From a virus, in the IMG/VR virus record IMGVR_UViG_3300006037_000005, positions 62,599 through 126,598 of that record: a DNA stretch of 64,000 nt. One strand, given 5' to 3'. A program made the translations under genes and the position numbers. The stretch's first letter is position 1, and every line of letters starts with the position of its first letter. Under the pieces are notes generated by a model. That model worked only from the letters and a program-made list of their open reading frames with translations. It was not told the DNA's origin and made no database searches. Shown one piece after another: positions 39,172 through 48,321 of the stretch.

Positions 39172-39948
39172 TTATTCTCTAAATTTTGAAAGTCTTGATT
39201 CTTTAATTTGATTACCAATAATTTTTGCATCACCAAATCTTGATTTTTTCATTATAACAGATTTTGGTACAGAAATTTCCTCTATATCGTTTTGTTCACA
39301 TCTGACAATTTGGATATTTGGTGGTAAATCAAGATTTTCTATCATATTGTTTGAACAAGTCAAATATTTAACTGACTGTGGTAATGAAAGTTCTGTTAAT
39401 CTATTTTGGTCGCATTGTACTTCAACAACACCATCTTGTAAATCAAGTTTTCTTAATTTGTTATTAAAAACAATAAGGGTTCTAACAGATTTTGGTATAG
39501 AAAGCTCTGATATGCTGTTTGTTGAACAATCAAGATATTTAATACCATCTGGAAGATCCAAACTTTTGATTCTGTTTTTATAACAAGAAAGCTCTATCAT
39601 CGTATTTGGTACGGCAAGTTCTGTCAACGAGTTGTTCGAACAATACAACTCTGTCACCCCCTCTGATATGACAAGATTTGTTAGTTTGTTGTCAGTGCAC
39701 ATAACATACACCACTGATTTTGGCACAATGAGTTCTGTTAATTTGTTGTAATCGCAACAAACTTGTGTAACACCCTCTGGTATGGTAAGTTCAACCAAAT
39801 CTTTATTTGAACAACTCAACCAAGCCTTTTCATCTGATTTTATTTCATCTTTGTTATTAAAGATAATTTTTTGATCACGTGTTAGCCCATTTGTAATATC
39901 AAATTCTATTGTTTCGCCGTTTTTGTCTTTGCCTATCGCCTTAAACAT
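39172..39948 (-). CDS. LRR protein of a second class (20-aa L.IP..V..L.C..N.L) with IKES-RLSKFR tag
   Basis: repeat pattern and C-terminus. Confidence 0.85.
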   Translation of the reverse strand: MFKAIGKDKNGETIEFDITNGLTRDQKIIFNNKDEIKSDEKAWLSCSNKDLVELTIPEGVTQVCCDYNKLTELIVPKSVVYVMCTDNKLTNLVISEGVTELYCSNNSLTELAVPNTMIELSCYKNRIKSLDLPDGIKYLDCSTNSISELSIPKSVRTLIVFNNKLRKLDLQDGVVEVQCDQNRLTELSLPQSVKYLTCSNNMIENLDLPPNIQIVRCEQNDIEEISVPKSVIMKKSRFGDAKIIGNQIKESRLSKFRE

Positions 39949-39950
39949 AC

Positions 39951-39981
39951 ATTTATTTATTTATTTATTTATTTATTTATT
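39951..39981. repeat. (ATTT)7+ tetranucleotide microsatellite immediately 5' of the LRR gene
   Basis: atttatttatttatttatttatttatttatt. Confidence 0.95.
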
Positions 39982-40467
39982 CTATAACACGAATCCGATT
40001 ATTTTATTTAAAACACCACCGATTAAATTTATCAGAATTCCATTGTATTTCATTAAAACCAATATCGAGATTGTTAACAAGAAAATGCTTTTTATCAGAA
40101 TCCACCAACTTAAATATTGTGGTTGTGGAACATATTTTACAAGAAAAACTATTTTCTCATCATCTTCATCATATTTTTCATATTCAAATCTGACTATGCC
40201 AGATAAACCTAAAACAACTGTACATTCAGAAAGTTTATCATATCTCGAATTTATCATATCTCGATAATGTCTATCCGATAAACCCGCTTGGTATTCAACA
40301 AATCCATACATAACACCAATGGGTGAAATCTCAAGATCCAAAGAATCCCACAAATCTTTGTAATCTTCTTTTATGAATTTAAACATTTGTTTTGTTTGAT
40401 AAAAATTCCAAATATCAACAAATATACCAAAAAAAGAAAGAAAGATCGAATAAAAGAAATTTTTCAT
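39982..40467 (-). CDS. membrane-associated hypothetical protein
   Basis: hydrophobic termini. Confidence 0.65.
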   Translation of the reverse strand: MKNFFYSIFLSFFGIFVDIWNFYQTKQMFKFIKEDYKDLWDSLDLEISPIGVMYGFVEYQAGLSDRHYRDMINSRYDKLSECTVVLGLSGIVRFEYEKYDEDDEKIVFLVKYVPQPQYLSWWILIKSIFLLTISILVLMKYNGILINLIGGVLNKIIGFVL

Positions 40468-40914
40468 GTTTTTTATAAAAAGAACTTGGAATTTAGTTTC
40501 TGATTTATTTTGGAAGCAACGCTTCGATTTGTTTTACTTCATTACATTTCGTAAAACTTCATCTTGCTCTCCCACCCCCACACCCATGTAATTGTCCAAT
40601 TTGTGCAAGTTTCAGAAAATAAAATAAATCTTGTTTTATATGATTTAAAATCCAAAGTGTTTTCTTTTAAAGTTAAGATTTAGTCTTCGTGGAGTGCCGT
40701 AGATATGTTCCTACTCAACCCACCCTAACCACCCACGTTATATCCCCTCTTCGCAACAGTTTCAAATCGATATCCAAAGAATAAAATAAATTATAATTCG
40801 TTCTTATTTTGGTGAAACTTTTTAAAATTTGTTTATTAAAGGTTTTTTCTTATTTTTGGGATATCCATATATTAATTTGTTGAAACTTTTTAAATTCCGA
40901 TTTATATTAAATTT

Positions 40915-41829
40915 ATGAAAATAACAGGACTGTATCACAGTAGAGATTTAGATGGCTATACATCTGGTGCTATCATTAAAAGAAAATATCCAGAGGCAAC
41001 AATGATTGGGTGGGATTATGGACAGCCAATTCCAGATATTAAAGATCAAGATCTGGTAATAATGGCTGATATATCATTCCCAATGAACGATATGCACCTT
41101 TTATCAAAAAATAATGGTGGTAATTTCGTTTGGATTGATCACCACATTTCTGCTATAAATGATTATAAAGCTTATCTTGAAGAATATTCTGCTATTATAG
41201 ATGGAGAAACATTCTTAAAAGATTCAAATCTGAAAACAACAAAATCGGCTTGTGAACTTTGTTGGGAATTTTTCTTTCCAGATGAAAATATGCCTCTTGC
41301 TATAAATTATCTTGGTGTCTATGATACTTGGAGAGAAAAAGGTACTGAAAGATGGAACTGTGAAATTGAACCTTTCCAATATGGTATGAGAATTCTGTGT
41401 GATTCACCAAAAACATTCCCAGACGAAATTTTTAACAATGATTTAGAATTCAACAAATCAGTTATTTCAAAAGGTATAACAATACTTGATTTCATGGACA
41501 AATACAATCAGGAACAATGCAAACACGCTTTTGAATCAGAAGTTTTTGGTAAAAAAGCAATATGTTTAAATACAACAGGTCTTGGTTCAGCAGTTTTCTC
41601 AAGCAAATGGAATCCAGATGTTTATGATATTATGATTGTTTTTAAATTCGATGGTAAGAAATGGAAATTCTCAATCTATACAGAAAAAGATGATATTGAT
41701 GTTTCCAAATTTGCTAAATCAAAAGGTGGTGGTGGACACAAAGGGGCATCTGGCTTTGAAATTTCTGATATAACAGAGATTTTCCCACAAATAAGCGATG
41801 ATATGGATTTAAAACAAATATACTGGTGA
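40915..41829 (+). CDS. DHH/DHHA1 phosphoesterase
   Basis: H..DLDG, D, IDHH and GGGGHKGASGF motifs. Confidence 0.92.
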   Translation: MKITGLYHSRDLDGYTSGAIIKRKYPEATMIGWDYGQPIPDIKDQDLVIMADISFPMNDMHLLSKNNGGNFVWIDHHISAINDYKAYLEEYSAIIDGETFLKDSNLKTTKSACELCWEFFFPDENMPLAINYLGVYDTWREKGTERWNCEIEPFQYGMRILCDSPKTFPDEIFNNDLEFNKSVISKGITILDFMDKYNQEQCKHAFESEVFGKKAICLNTTGLGSAVFSSKWNPDVYDIMIVFKFDGKKWKFSIYTEKDDIDVSKFAKSKGGGGHKGASGFEISDITEIFPQISDDMDLKQIYW

Positions 41830-41932
41830 AAAAGAGAAAGACAATAGATGAAGATTTTAAACCTTTGACAATAAAACCATATGTTGTGATCATAGCAATC
41901 TGGCTAATTTTGTTTTATATCTACAATTTTCT

Positions 41933-42436
41933 ATGAAATTGGCTGATGAAATTTGTAGATATTTACCAAAAACAGTTATATCTTCTCCATACGATGTTGG
42001 GTTACCAAATTCTTTCATAGGAAATTTTGAGGCTGACTATTTTAAACTATCTAAAGCACAAATTCTTACTGAATATGAAGTTAAAATATCAAAATCTGAT
42101 TTCAATAACGATTTCTTGAAGACTTGCTATAAATCTAATAAACACAATCTCATTAAAGATGGTAAAAGGTGTAACAGATTTTATTTCGTTTGCCCAAAAA
42201 ATTTGATAAAAATATCAGAAGTGCCAGAATATTGTGGACTCATCTATTATGAAAATAGAAATTTTTCCACAATCAAAACTGCACCACTAATAACAAAGAA
42301 AATTCTTATGAAAAAGGAGGATTTGTTTTATAAAATTTCTTTGAGAGAGAAGGCTTATAGGATAAAATTGTTTGACTTACAAAGTAAATACAAAAAGTTA
42401 GAGAAACAGATCAATGATAATAAATCTAAACGATAG
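41933..42436 (+). CDS. PD-(D/E)xK nuclease-like protein (MmcB-like)
   Basis: AD...EYEVKISKSDF..D, N.FYF..P, P...GLI. Confidence 0.72.
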   Translation: MKLADEICRYLPKTVISSPYDVGLPNSFIGNFEADYFKLSKAQILTEYEVKISKSDFNNDFLKTCYKSNKHNLIKDGKRCNRFYFVCPKNLIKISEVPEYCGLIYYENRNFSTIKTAPLITKKILMKKEDLFYKISLREKAYRIKLFDLQSKYKKLEKQINDNKSKR

Positions 42437-44198
42437 TGGTGAACAAATAAATTCAAAAGCAAAATCCACAATTTTACAAGGTTTAGAAATTCTATCGCCA
42501 GATGTTGATCCTCTTCTATCAGAATCTATTCTAGACAGCATTACCAAATCAGAACTTTCAAAAATAGATTCTCTGCCGAACGCTAGTATAGATTTGTGTG
42601 ATATAGAAATCCAAAAAGAAATTTCTATCCCAAAAACAGATGTTTGTGATTTACAAAATCCCATCCTAAAAAAACAATCAGATATAAAACAAGAATTGTT
42701 GGCTTCTGGAGTAGATTTAGATAATATATTATACAATCTAACAGAAGAACCAAAACAAGATCCATGTGTAGATTCTTATATAAATGATTTAAAAACATTA
42801 TCAAACAATCTATACAAGGAATCTCTAAAATTACAAGATTATTATAAAATTTTAAACGACAATTTTGATCATTTCATAAAGATTCAGTTTCCCATACTTT
42901 TAAAATCTTATTTTTTAATATTTCTTTCAAAATCAGAGAATAAGAATGACATCTTAATAAGAATAAAATCTAAAATAAAAGATTATTTCACAGAAGACCC
43001 AAATTCTGAATATTCTGATAATAATGAATTTTATAATTTTTATTCAAACATATTGAATTTAATTTCTGAATATTCAGAATTTTATATAGATCCGACTAAA
43101 AAAGGATCTATAATAGTTGATATACAAGCATTTCTCGGCAAGAATACTGCCCTAAATAGAAAACACAACAATTTTTTATCAGATATTGACAGTAATATTT
43201 TTGATTTGAATATTGACTATAATAATTTTAAAATAGATTTCAAAAATAATCAATCAAATACCTTCAATACATTTTTAAATGTTGGATTCAGAGGACCAGA
43301 TCAGGATTCTGCTTTAAATATAGAAAAATTTTTTCTAGATAACAGGACAATAAGAGCAGATTCTATCAGAAATCTTGATATAAATTCTTATTCTGAATTT
43401 TTAAAATCAAATATAAAGGATTTTGTAGAATTCTTTAATACTTTGATTTCCTATAAAATATCTGATACTTCTATTTATACTGATATTGAAAACTCTCTCT
43501 ATGAAGATTTAGAAAATTCAAATATTAATTTCAAAAAAATATCAAATGCTTTAGAATCTATAAATAATATACAAAATCCAGAATACGCCAAAAAACAGAT
43601 ACTTAACATAAAGAAATGTGGTGAGACTATACAGATACCAATCACAGAAGATATTGATATCAAAGAAGATATTTCAAAACAAGGTGAATCTTCATATTCT
43701 CAATCTGACATAACAAGGATTTCTTATTGGAGACAATATGCAAAATATCTTACATTAACTTCAACAGCCTTACCAAACACTTGGTCTGTTGGTTTAATTC
43801 TCCCCAATGGCACTAGAGTTCCACTACCAACAATATACATAGCTGTTGTAGCATTTTATTTTGCACCAGTTTTAACAGTGGTGTTTATAACAATAAATGG
43901 TATTGTTATATTACCAACAATTTATCAAATCCATCAAATACCACTTGATGAAGCAAGATCGCTGATTCTTTTTGGCACTAAAGGCTCTAATATAACAATA
44001 AGACAGAAAAAAACAGGTAACGAGATTTTGAATTTGCCTGTTATAAAGGGGGTTAATATTGATCCAATATCAAGTCTTATTTTACCTTTCAAAAAAGACG
44101 ATTTACCTATTCTGGAAAGAATGTCTTTAAGAAATATCGTGTTCTTGAATTATTTGAGGATGTGGATAACTAATATTTCATCATATATGGGATTATAA
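42414..44198 (+). CDS. hypothetical protein, possibly virion-associated
   Basis: 594 aa ORF. Confidence 0.65.
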   Translation: MIINLNDSGEQINSKAKSTILQGLEILSPDVDPLLSESILDSITKSELSKIDSLPNASIDLCDIEIQKEISIPKTDVCDLQNPILKKQSDIKQELLASGVDLDNILYNLTEEPKQDPCVDSYINDLKTLSNNLYKESLKLQDYYKILNDNFDHFIKIQFPILLKSYFLIFLSKSENKNDILIRIKSKIKDYFTEDPNSEYSDNNEFYNFYSNILNLISEYSEFYIDPTKKGSIIVDIQAFLGKNTALNRKHNNFLSDIDSNIFDLNIDYNNFKIDFKNNQSNTFNTFLNVGFRGPDQDSALNIEKFFLDNRTIRADSIRNLDINSYSEFLKSNIKDFVEFFNTLISYKISDTSIYTDIENSLYEDLENSNINFKKISNALESINNIQNPEYAKKQILNIKKCGETIQIPITEDIDIKEDISKQGESSYSQSDITRISYWRQYAKYLTLTSTALPNTWSVGLILPNGTRVPLPTIYIAVVAFYFAPVLTVVFITINGIVILPTIYQIHQIPLDEARSLILFGTKGSNITIRQKKTGNEILNLPVIKGVNIDPISSLILPFKKDDLPILERMSLRNIVFLNYLRMWITNISSYMGL

Positions 44199-44200
44199 AG

Positions 44201-44230
44201 AGAAGCCAGGATGCTATTGCCCTGGCTTCT
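44201..44230. terminator. terminator hairpin between convergent units
   Basis: agaagccagg ... cctggcttct. Confidence 0.75.
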
Positions 44231-44356
44231 AATGATCTGTTATCTGCGTCCCTACATAGATGTGGAATTGATAACAGATCGGGATAGAAAAAGCGTCTTA
44301 TGGCGGTAATCGCAGACGAGATTTCATAATCTTTATGTTTTCGTTGTGTTAAAGTT

Positions 44357-44743
44357 TCAGAATTCCTCTGATAAATCCTCTATCATATATTTATATTTTT
44401 GATCCCAAAAATCTTGATCACATAGAAGCAATAATCCATTTTCTTCCATATATACAACTGTTTCACTAAGTTTAGAGATTTCATCAAGAATTTCCTTTAG
44501 ATTACCGACATTCTTGAATATGAAACCAGTTGAGATTTCCTTATCAGATAGAAATTGTAGGATCTCTTTTAGATCTATGGAGAATTCCTGATCAAAAGGG
44601 TTCTTCATTTTGGGGTATTGTTTTATACCCACATAAAACAAAAGATTGTCTCTATCAAAATTCGCTGTTATTGGTGTTTTTATTTTATCTGTTTCAAGAG
44701 CAAATAAGCTATAAGTTAAATTATCATCAACTACGTTCCACAT
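44357..44743 (-). CDS. hypothetical protein
   Basis: ORF. Confidence 0.6.
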   Translation of the reverse strand: MWNVVDDNLTYSLFALETDKIKTPITANFDRDNLLFYVGIKQYPKMKNPFDQEFSIDLKEILQFLSDKEISTGFIFKNVGNLKEILDEISKLSETVVYMEENGLLLLCDQDFWDQKYKYMIEDLSEEF

Positions 44744-44756
44744 AATTTTAAATTAT

Positions 44757-45065
44757 TTATGATAAAGTATTTATTTCTTCAAGTATCCTAAGTTTCTCAA
44801 GGATTGTATCTTTGCCATAGCCATGTGGCTTGAGGAGTTTCTTTTCAACAATTCTCAAATCTTCCCTTAATTCAAGAATTCGTATCTGATCAATCAAAAT
44901 CGGACAACTTTGCGGTATTGGTGTTCTACTATCTGTATCACCATCAACTTCTTTTGATGATTTTTCACAAACATAAACAGATTCACTAAAAGATTCACCA
45001 CTATATTTACAAAATTTACATTCTGAACATGATGATATTTGGGTAACAATATTGACTTTAATCAT
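44757..45065 (-). CDS. Cys-rich hypothetical protein
   Basis: CSECKFC, C, and IP..CP. Confidence 0.65.
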   Translation of the reverse strand: MIKVNIVTQISSCSECKFCKYSGESFSESVYVCEKSSKEVDGDTDSRTPIPQSCPILIDQIRILELREDLRIVEKKLLKPHGYGKDTILEKLRILEEINTLS

Positions 45066-45074
45066 AACAATTTG

Positions 45075-45345
45075 TTATTCTGTCGTTATAGTTTCCTCTG
45101 GTACATTGTTGCTTGATTTACCAGATTTCTTGATGTGGTCGGATTGTATCTTACCTCTACAATCTGACCAATAGATATATCTACTCCCATCCACAAATCT
45201 ATACATGGTGCAACCATCGTGTTCAAACAACTTCTCCACAGTAAAGTTTCCATTTTTAACCGTTGATTTTAACCGTTGATATAGGCTCTTCCTTACAAGA
45301 AACTGCAATAAACAGTAAACCGATTACTATCGACAATTTTTTCAT
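45075..45345 (-). pseudogene. small lipoprotein (DUF4884-like) frameshifted by a 13-bp tandem duplication
   Basis: MKKLSIVIGLLFIAVSC lipobox; tttaaccgttgat occurs twice at 45255-45280; removing one copy joins it to the FTVEKLFEHDGC..YRF.D domain. Confidence 0.8.
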
Positions 45346-45346
45346 A

Positions 45347-45733
45347 TTATTTGTTTTCTAATTTCTTTTTATCTGCTTTAACTACATTTTTAACCCTTTG
45401 GTAAGTTAATTCAAGATCTTTAGCAACTTCACTTATGCTTTTGCCAGAATTTAACAATTTTCTTATTTTGTCATTTTTTGTCTCTCCTTTTGGTGCTTTT
45501 GGCTCTTGAGAATTTGTAATTTTTGATTGAGATTTTGTGAAAGATGCCAAAATATCTTCAATATTTGAAGAATTGAAATCTTGGTTGGATGTTTCTGAAA
45601 CTTTCTTTGCTATTTCCCACCCTTTCTTAGAATCTTGATATCTTTTACCAAGAGATAGTGCCAAACTTCTAACATTGTTTGGTTGAAAGTTTAAAACTTC
45701 TTGTGTCAATTGAATTTTTGCTGTTGTTGCCAT
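45347..45733 (-). CDS. C-terminal helix-turn-helix DNA-binding protein
   Basis: KIRKLL.SG.SISEVAKDL.LTYQRVKNV. Confidence 0.75.
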   Translation of the reverse strand: MATTAKIQLTQEVLNFQPNNVRSLALSLGKRYQDSKKGWEIAKKVSETSNQDFNSSNIEDILASFTKSQSKITNSQEPKAPKGETKNDKIRKLLNSGKSISEVAKDLELTYQRVKNVVKADKKKLENK

Positions 45734-45789
45734 GATTTTTGCTTTTTAAATTTTTAGAATGATTTATTAAATTCCTTATATAAATTATT

Positions 45790-45805
45790 GCAAAAATCGT
45801 GCCAA
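45790..45805 (-). promoter_or_regulatory. sigma-54 (-24/-12) promoter
   Basis: TTGGCACGATTTTTGC, identical to 31101-31116. Confidence 0.8.
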
Positions 45806-45843
45806 GTTTTATAAATTATCTTTTGATACATTGGAAAGGTTTC

Positions 45844-45888
45844 ATTGACATGACAAACTGACATATTGTGTCAGTTTGTCATGTCAAT
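45844..45888. promoter_or_regulatory. 20-bp inverted repeat built of TGACA/TGTCA units (putative activator site and/or terminator)
   Basis: attgacatgacaaactgaca-tattg-tgtcagtttgtcatgtcaat. Confidence 0.6.
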
Positions 45889-46157
45889 TTTTTGATTATT
45901 GATTCCAAATTTGCAGTTTTTGGTTTTTTACCTTTGTCAAATAATATTTCTAAACTTGTTATAGTTCTATATCTTTCTGTTACAATAATTTTGTATCCAA
46001 CATCATCTAAATTGAAACAAATATAATGGTGCTTCCACATAGATTTTATTTTATTCTTACCCTCGATCCTTTTCGTTTTTATACTAGATTCCAATAGAGC
46101 TTTATAAATAATTTGAACCAGTTCTTTTCTTTTATCATAAATAGAAACTTTTTCCAT
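45879..46157 (-). CDS. hypothetical protein (start MEKVSI)
   Basis: 3' part of ORF 45879-46274 that does not overlap purB. Confidence 0.55.
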   Translation of the reverse strand: MEKVSIYDKRKELVQIIYKALLESSIKTKRIEGKNKIKSMWKHHYICFNLDDVGYKIIVTERYRTITSLEILFDKGKKPKTANLESIIKKLT

Positions 46158-46196
46158 AATATAATTATATAAAAATTTTGAATTAGTTTCAAAGTT

Positions 46197-47570
46197 ATGG
46201 AGTATAGAAAAATGATGAATAGCATATCCCCAGTTGATGGAAGATATGCAAAAAAATTGGAAAATGTTAACCAATATTTTTCAGAGATAGGAATAATAAA
46301 GGCAAAAATATTGGTTGAAGTTGATTATTTGGAATTCATATCAACAGAATTTTCAAAAGATTGTGATATTGAAAAAATAAGAAAATATATACATAGCCTC
46401 GAAGATTTTTTGTTGTATGACAATATCAAAATGATTGAATCTGTAACAAAACACGATACAAAAGCCATAGAATATTTCTTGAGAGAGGTTCTTACCGATA
46501 CGGACCAAAAACATTTAATACCTTTCATACATTTTGGCCTGACATCACAAGATGTCGTAAGTTTTTCATATAATTATAATATCTTAAATTTCAGAGTTGA
46601 ATTATTTGAACCGTTGTTTAGAAGTTTAACAAGAAAGATGCTTGATATTGGACAAGAAAGATTTGAAAACAGATTTATAACAAGAACCCATGGGCAACCA
46701 GCTATCATAGCAAATTCTTTTAATGATGAAGTTTTTGTTTTATATAGAGATAGAATAAAAGCACAATATTTAAAACTTGAGAGGATAAATCAAGAAGTTA
46801 AATTTGGTGGTGCTATTGGCAATCTCGATGCACACTATACTGTGAAACCAACAAATTGGGAATCAAAAATGAATGATTTCATGAAAAATTTTGGTTTAAA
46901 AAGACAAATCCGTACGACACAGATAGAAAATTATGAACATTTGGTCGAGTATCTCGATATAACAAAAAGAATCAACAATATCTTAATAGATTTCTGTAGA
47001 GATTTTTGGTATTATATTTCAATTGGATATATTAAAATCAAAAAAGATGAGAATTCTATTGGTAGTTCAACAATGCCCCAAAAAATAAATCCTATTTTGT
47101 TTGAAAATGCTGAGGGGAATCTAGAATATGCAAACTGTCAAATATCTTTCTTATCTGATAAACTTCTGAAATCAAGATTACAAAGAGATTTGACAGATTC
47201 AACTGTCATGAGAAATATTGGTGTTGTATTTAGTCATTGTGTTTTGGCTTATGAAAATATTATTGATGCAATATCAAACACATCACCTAATATTGATAAA
47301 ATGGAATCTGATGTTCAAGAAAATGGTCAAGTTCTATCAGAAAAAATTCAAACAATTTTAAGATTTTACGGTCATAGTGATGCATATGAAATTATAAAAG
47401 GTCTATCAATGGGTGAAAAAATACCGATGTCTGAAATGCAGAATAGGATAGATGATATAATCAATGAAAACACATTTGTCTCTATTGTCAAAACTAATAC
47501 ACCATCTTTTAATAAGGAAACAGAGGAATATTTAAAGATCAAAGAATTAATAAAATCGTATCAAATATAA
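46197..47570 (+). CDS. purB: adenylosuccinate lyase
   Basis: SPVDGRY, KHD.KAIEY, HFGLTSQD, RTHGQPA, GSSTMPQKINP and SRLQRDLTDS motifs. Confidence 0.95.
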   Translation: MEYRKMMNSISPVDGRYAKKLENVNQYFSEIGIIKAKILVEVDYLEFISTEFSKDCDIEKIRKYIHSLEDFLLYDNIKMIESVTKHDTKAIEYFLREVLTDTDQKHLIPFIHFGLTSQDVVSFSYNYNILNFRVELFEPLFRSLTRKMLDIGQERFENRFITRTHGQPAIIANSFNDEVFVLYRDRIKAQYLKLERINQEVKFGGAIGNLDAHYTVKPTNWESKMNDFMKNFGLKRQIRTTQIENYEHLVEYLDITKRINNILIDFCRDFWYYISIGYIKIKKDENSIGSSTMPQKINPILFENAEGNLEYANCQISFLSDKLLKSRLQRDLTDSTVMRNIGVVFSHCVLAYENIIDAISNTSPNIDKMESDVQENGQVLSEKIQTILRFYGHSDAYEIIKGLSMGEKIPMSEMQNRIDDIINENTFVSIVKTNTPSFNKETEEYLKIKELIKSYQI

Positions 47571-47608
47571 GGAAAACAATATTTTTACACAAGAATGATA
47601 TACTCTCT

Positions 47609-48004
47609 GTGGAGATATTTGATGGAGAGAAATATGGCAAATTCTTTAAAACAGAATCTAGAAAAAACATATTTTCAAGGAAAATTGCTTCTTATAAACT
47701 TGTATCAGATTATCCAGGCTTTCAGCCAGTTAATGTGTCTCTAAATTCTTTTGAATCTGTTATGAATAAAAATATGCTTAAATTAAAGGAACCTGGTATT
47801 ATCCTGCAATTTAATAAAGATTTGGAAGCATTCACCTTGCCTATGGTATTGGTCACAATGAAATCTAGTGGTAATATTAAACACGATTTCTTGGTAAAAG
47901 ATTCTTATGATGAAGCAGTGAAAATTGGTGGGGATATGTTATTAGGAGGAGAAGGTTTTATTAGAATAGATGTTGATAACGACAATATTTATATTGCAAA
48001 ATGA
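47609..48004 (+). CDS. hypothetical protein
   Basis: ORF. Confidence 0.55.
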   Translation: MEIFDGEKYGKFFKTESRKNIFSRKIASYKLVSDYPGFQPVNVSLNSFESVMNKNMLKLKEPGIILQFNKDLEAFTLPMVLVTMKSSGNIKHDFLVKDSYDEAVKIGGDMLLGGEGFIRIDVDNDNIYIAK

Positions 48005-48321
48005 TAGTAAGAAACAACAATTTGATAGACAAAACCATAAGTTTAGATCTTTCACCAAACATAAATATAAATTTAACAAAAGATGAATATGATAATCTTG
48101 TTAAATCTTTGTGTCAGTCGATGTCTGAAGAAATTGAACAATCTCACAAGAGAGAACAAAAATCTCTAAATAGGAATAAGCAGGTTAGTGATTTAATAGA
48201 AGATGTTAGGAATTTCTTTTATGATTGTGATGGTTTCTGTATTAAAAGAGATTTAACAGAATTAAAAGATCAAAACTTACAGGTTATACTTGATAAATAT
48301 GATGAACTTCTTGGCTTTTAA
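48001..48321 (+). CDS. hypothetical protein
   Basis: ORF. Confidence 0.55.
   Translation: MIVRNNNLIDKTISLDLSPNININLTKDEYDNLVKSLCQSMSEEIEQSHKREQKSLNRNKQVSDLIEDVRNFFYDCDGFCIKRDLTELKDQNLQVILDKYDELLGF

Noticed and set aside
24519-39200. CRISPR array or diversity-generating retroelement explaining the repeated RLSKFR/LRR DNA
   Set aside because: The repeats are dispersed, coding and show synonymous changes; there are no regular spacers, cas genes or reverse transcriptase in the window
44231-44330. tRNA
   Set aside because: No cloverleaf or T-loop GTTCRA motif; kept only as a candidate structured RNA
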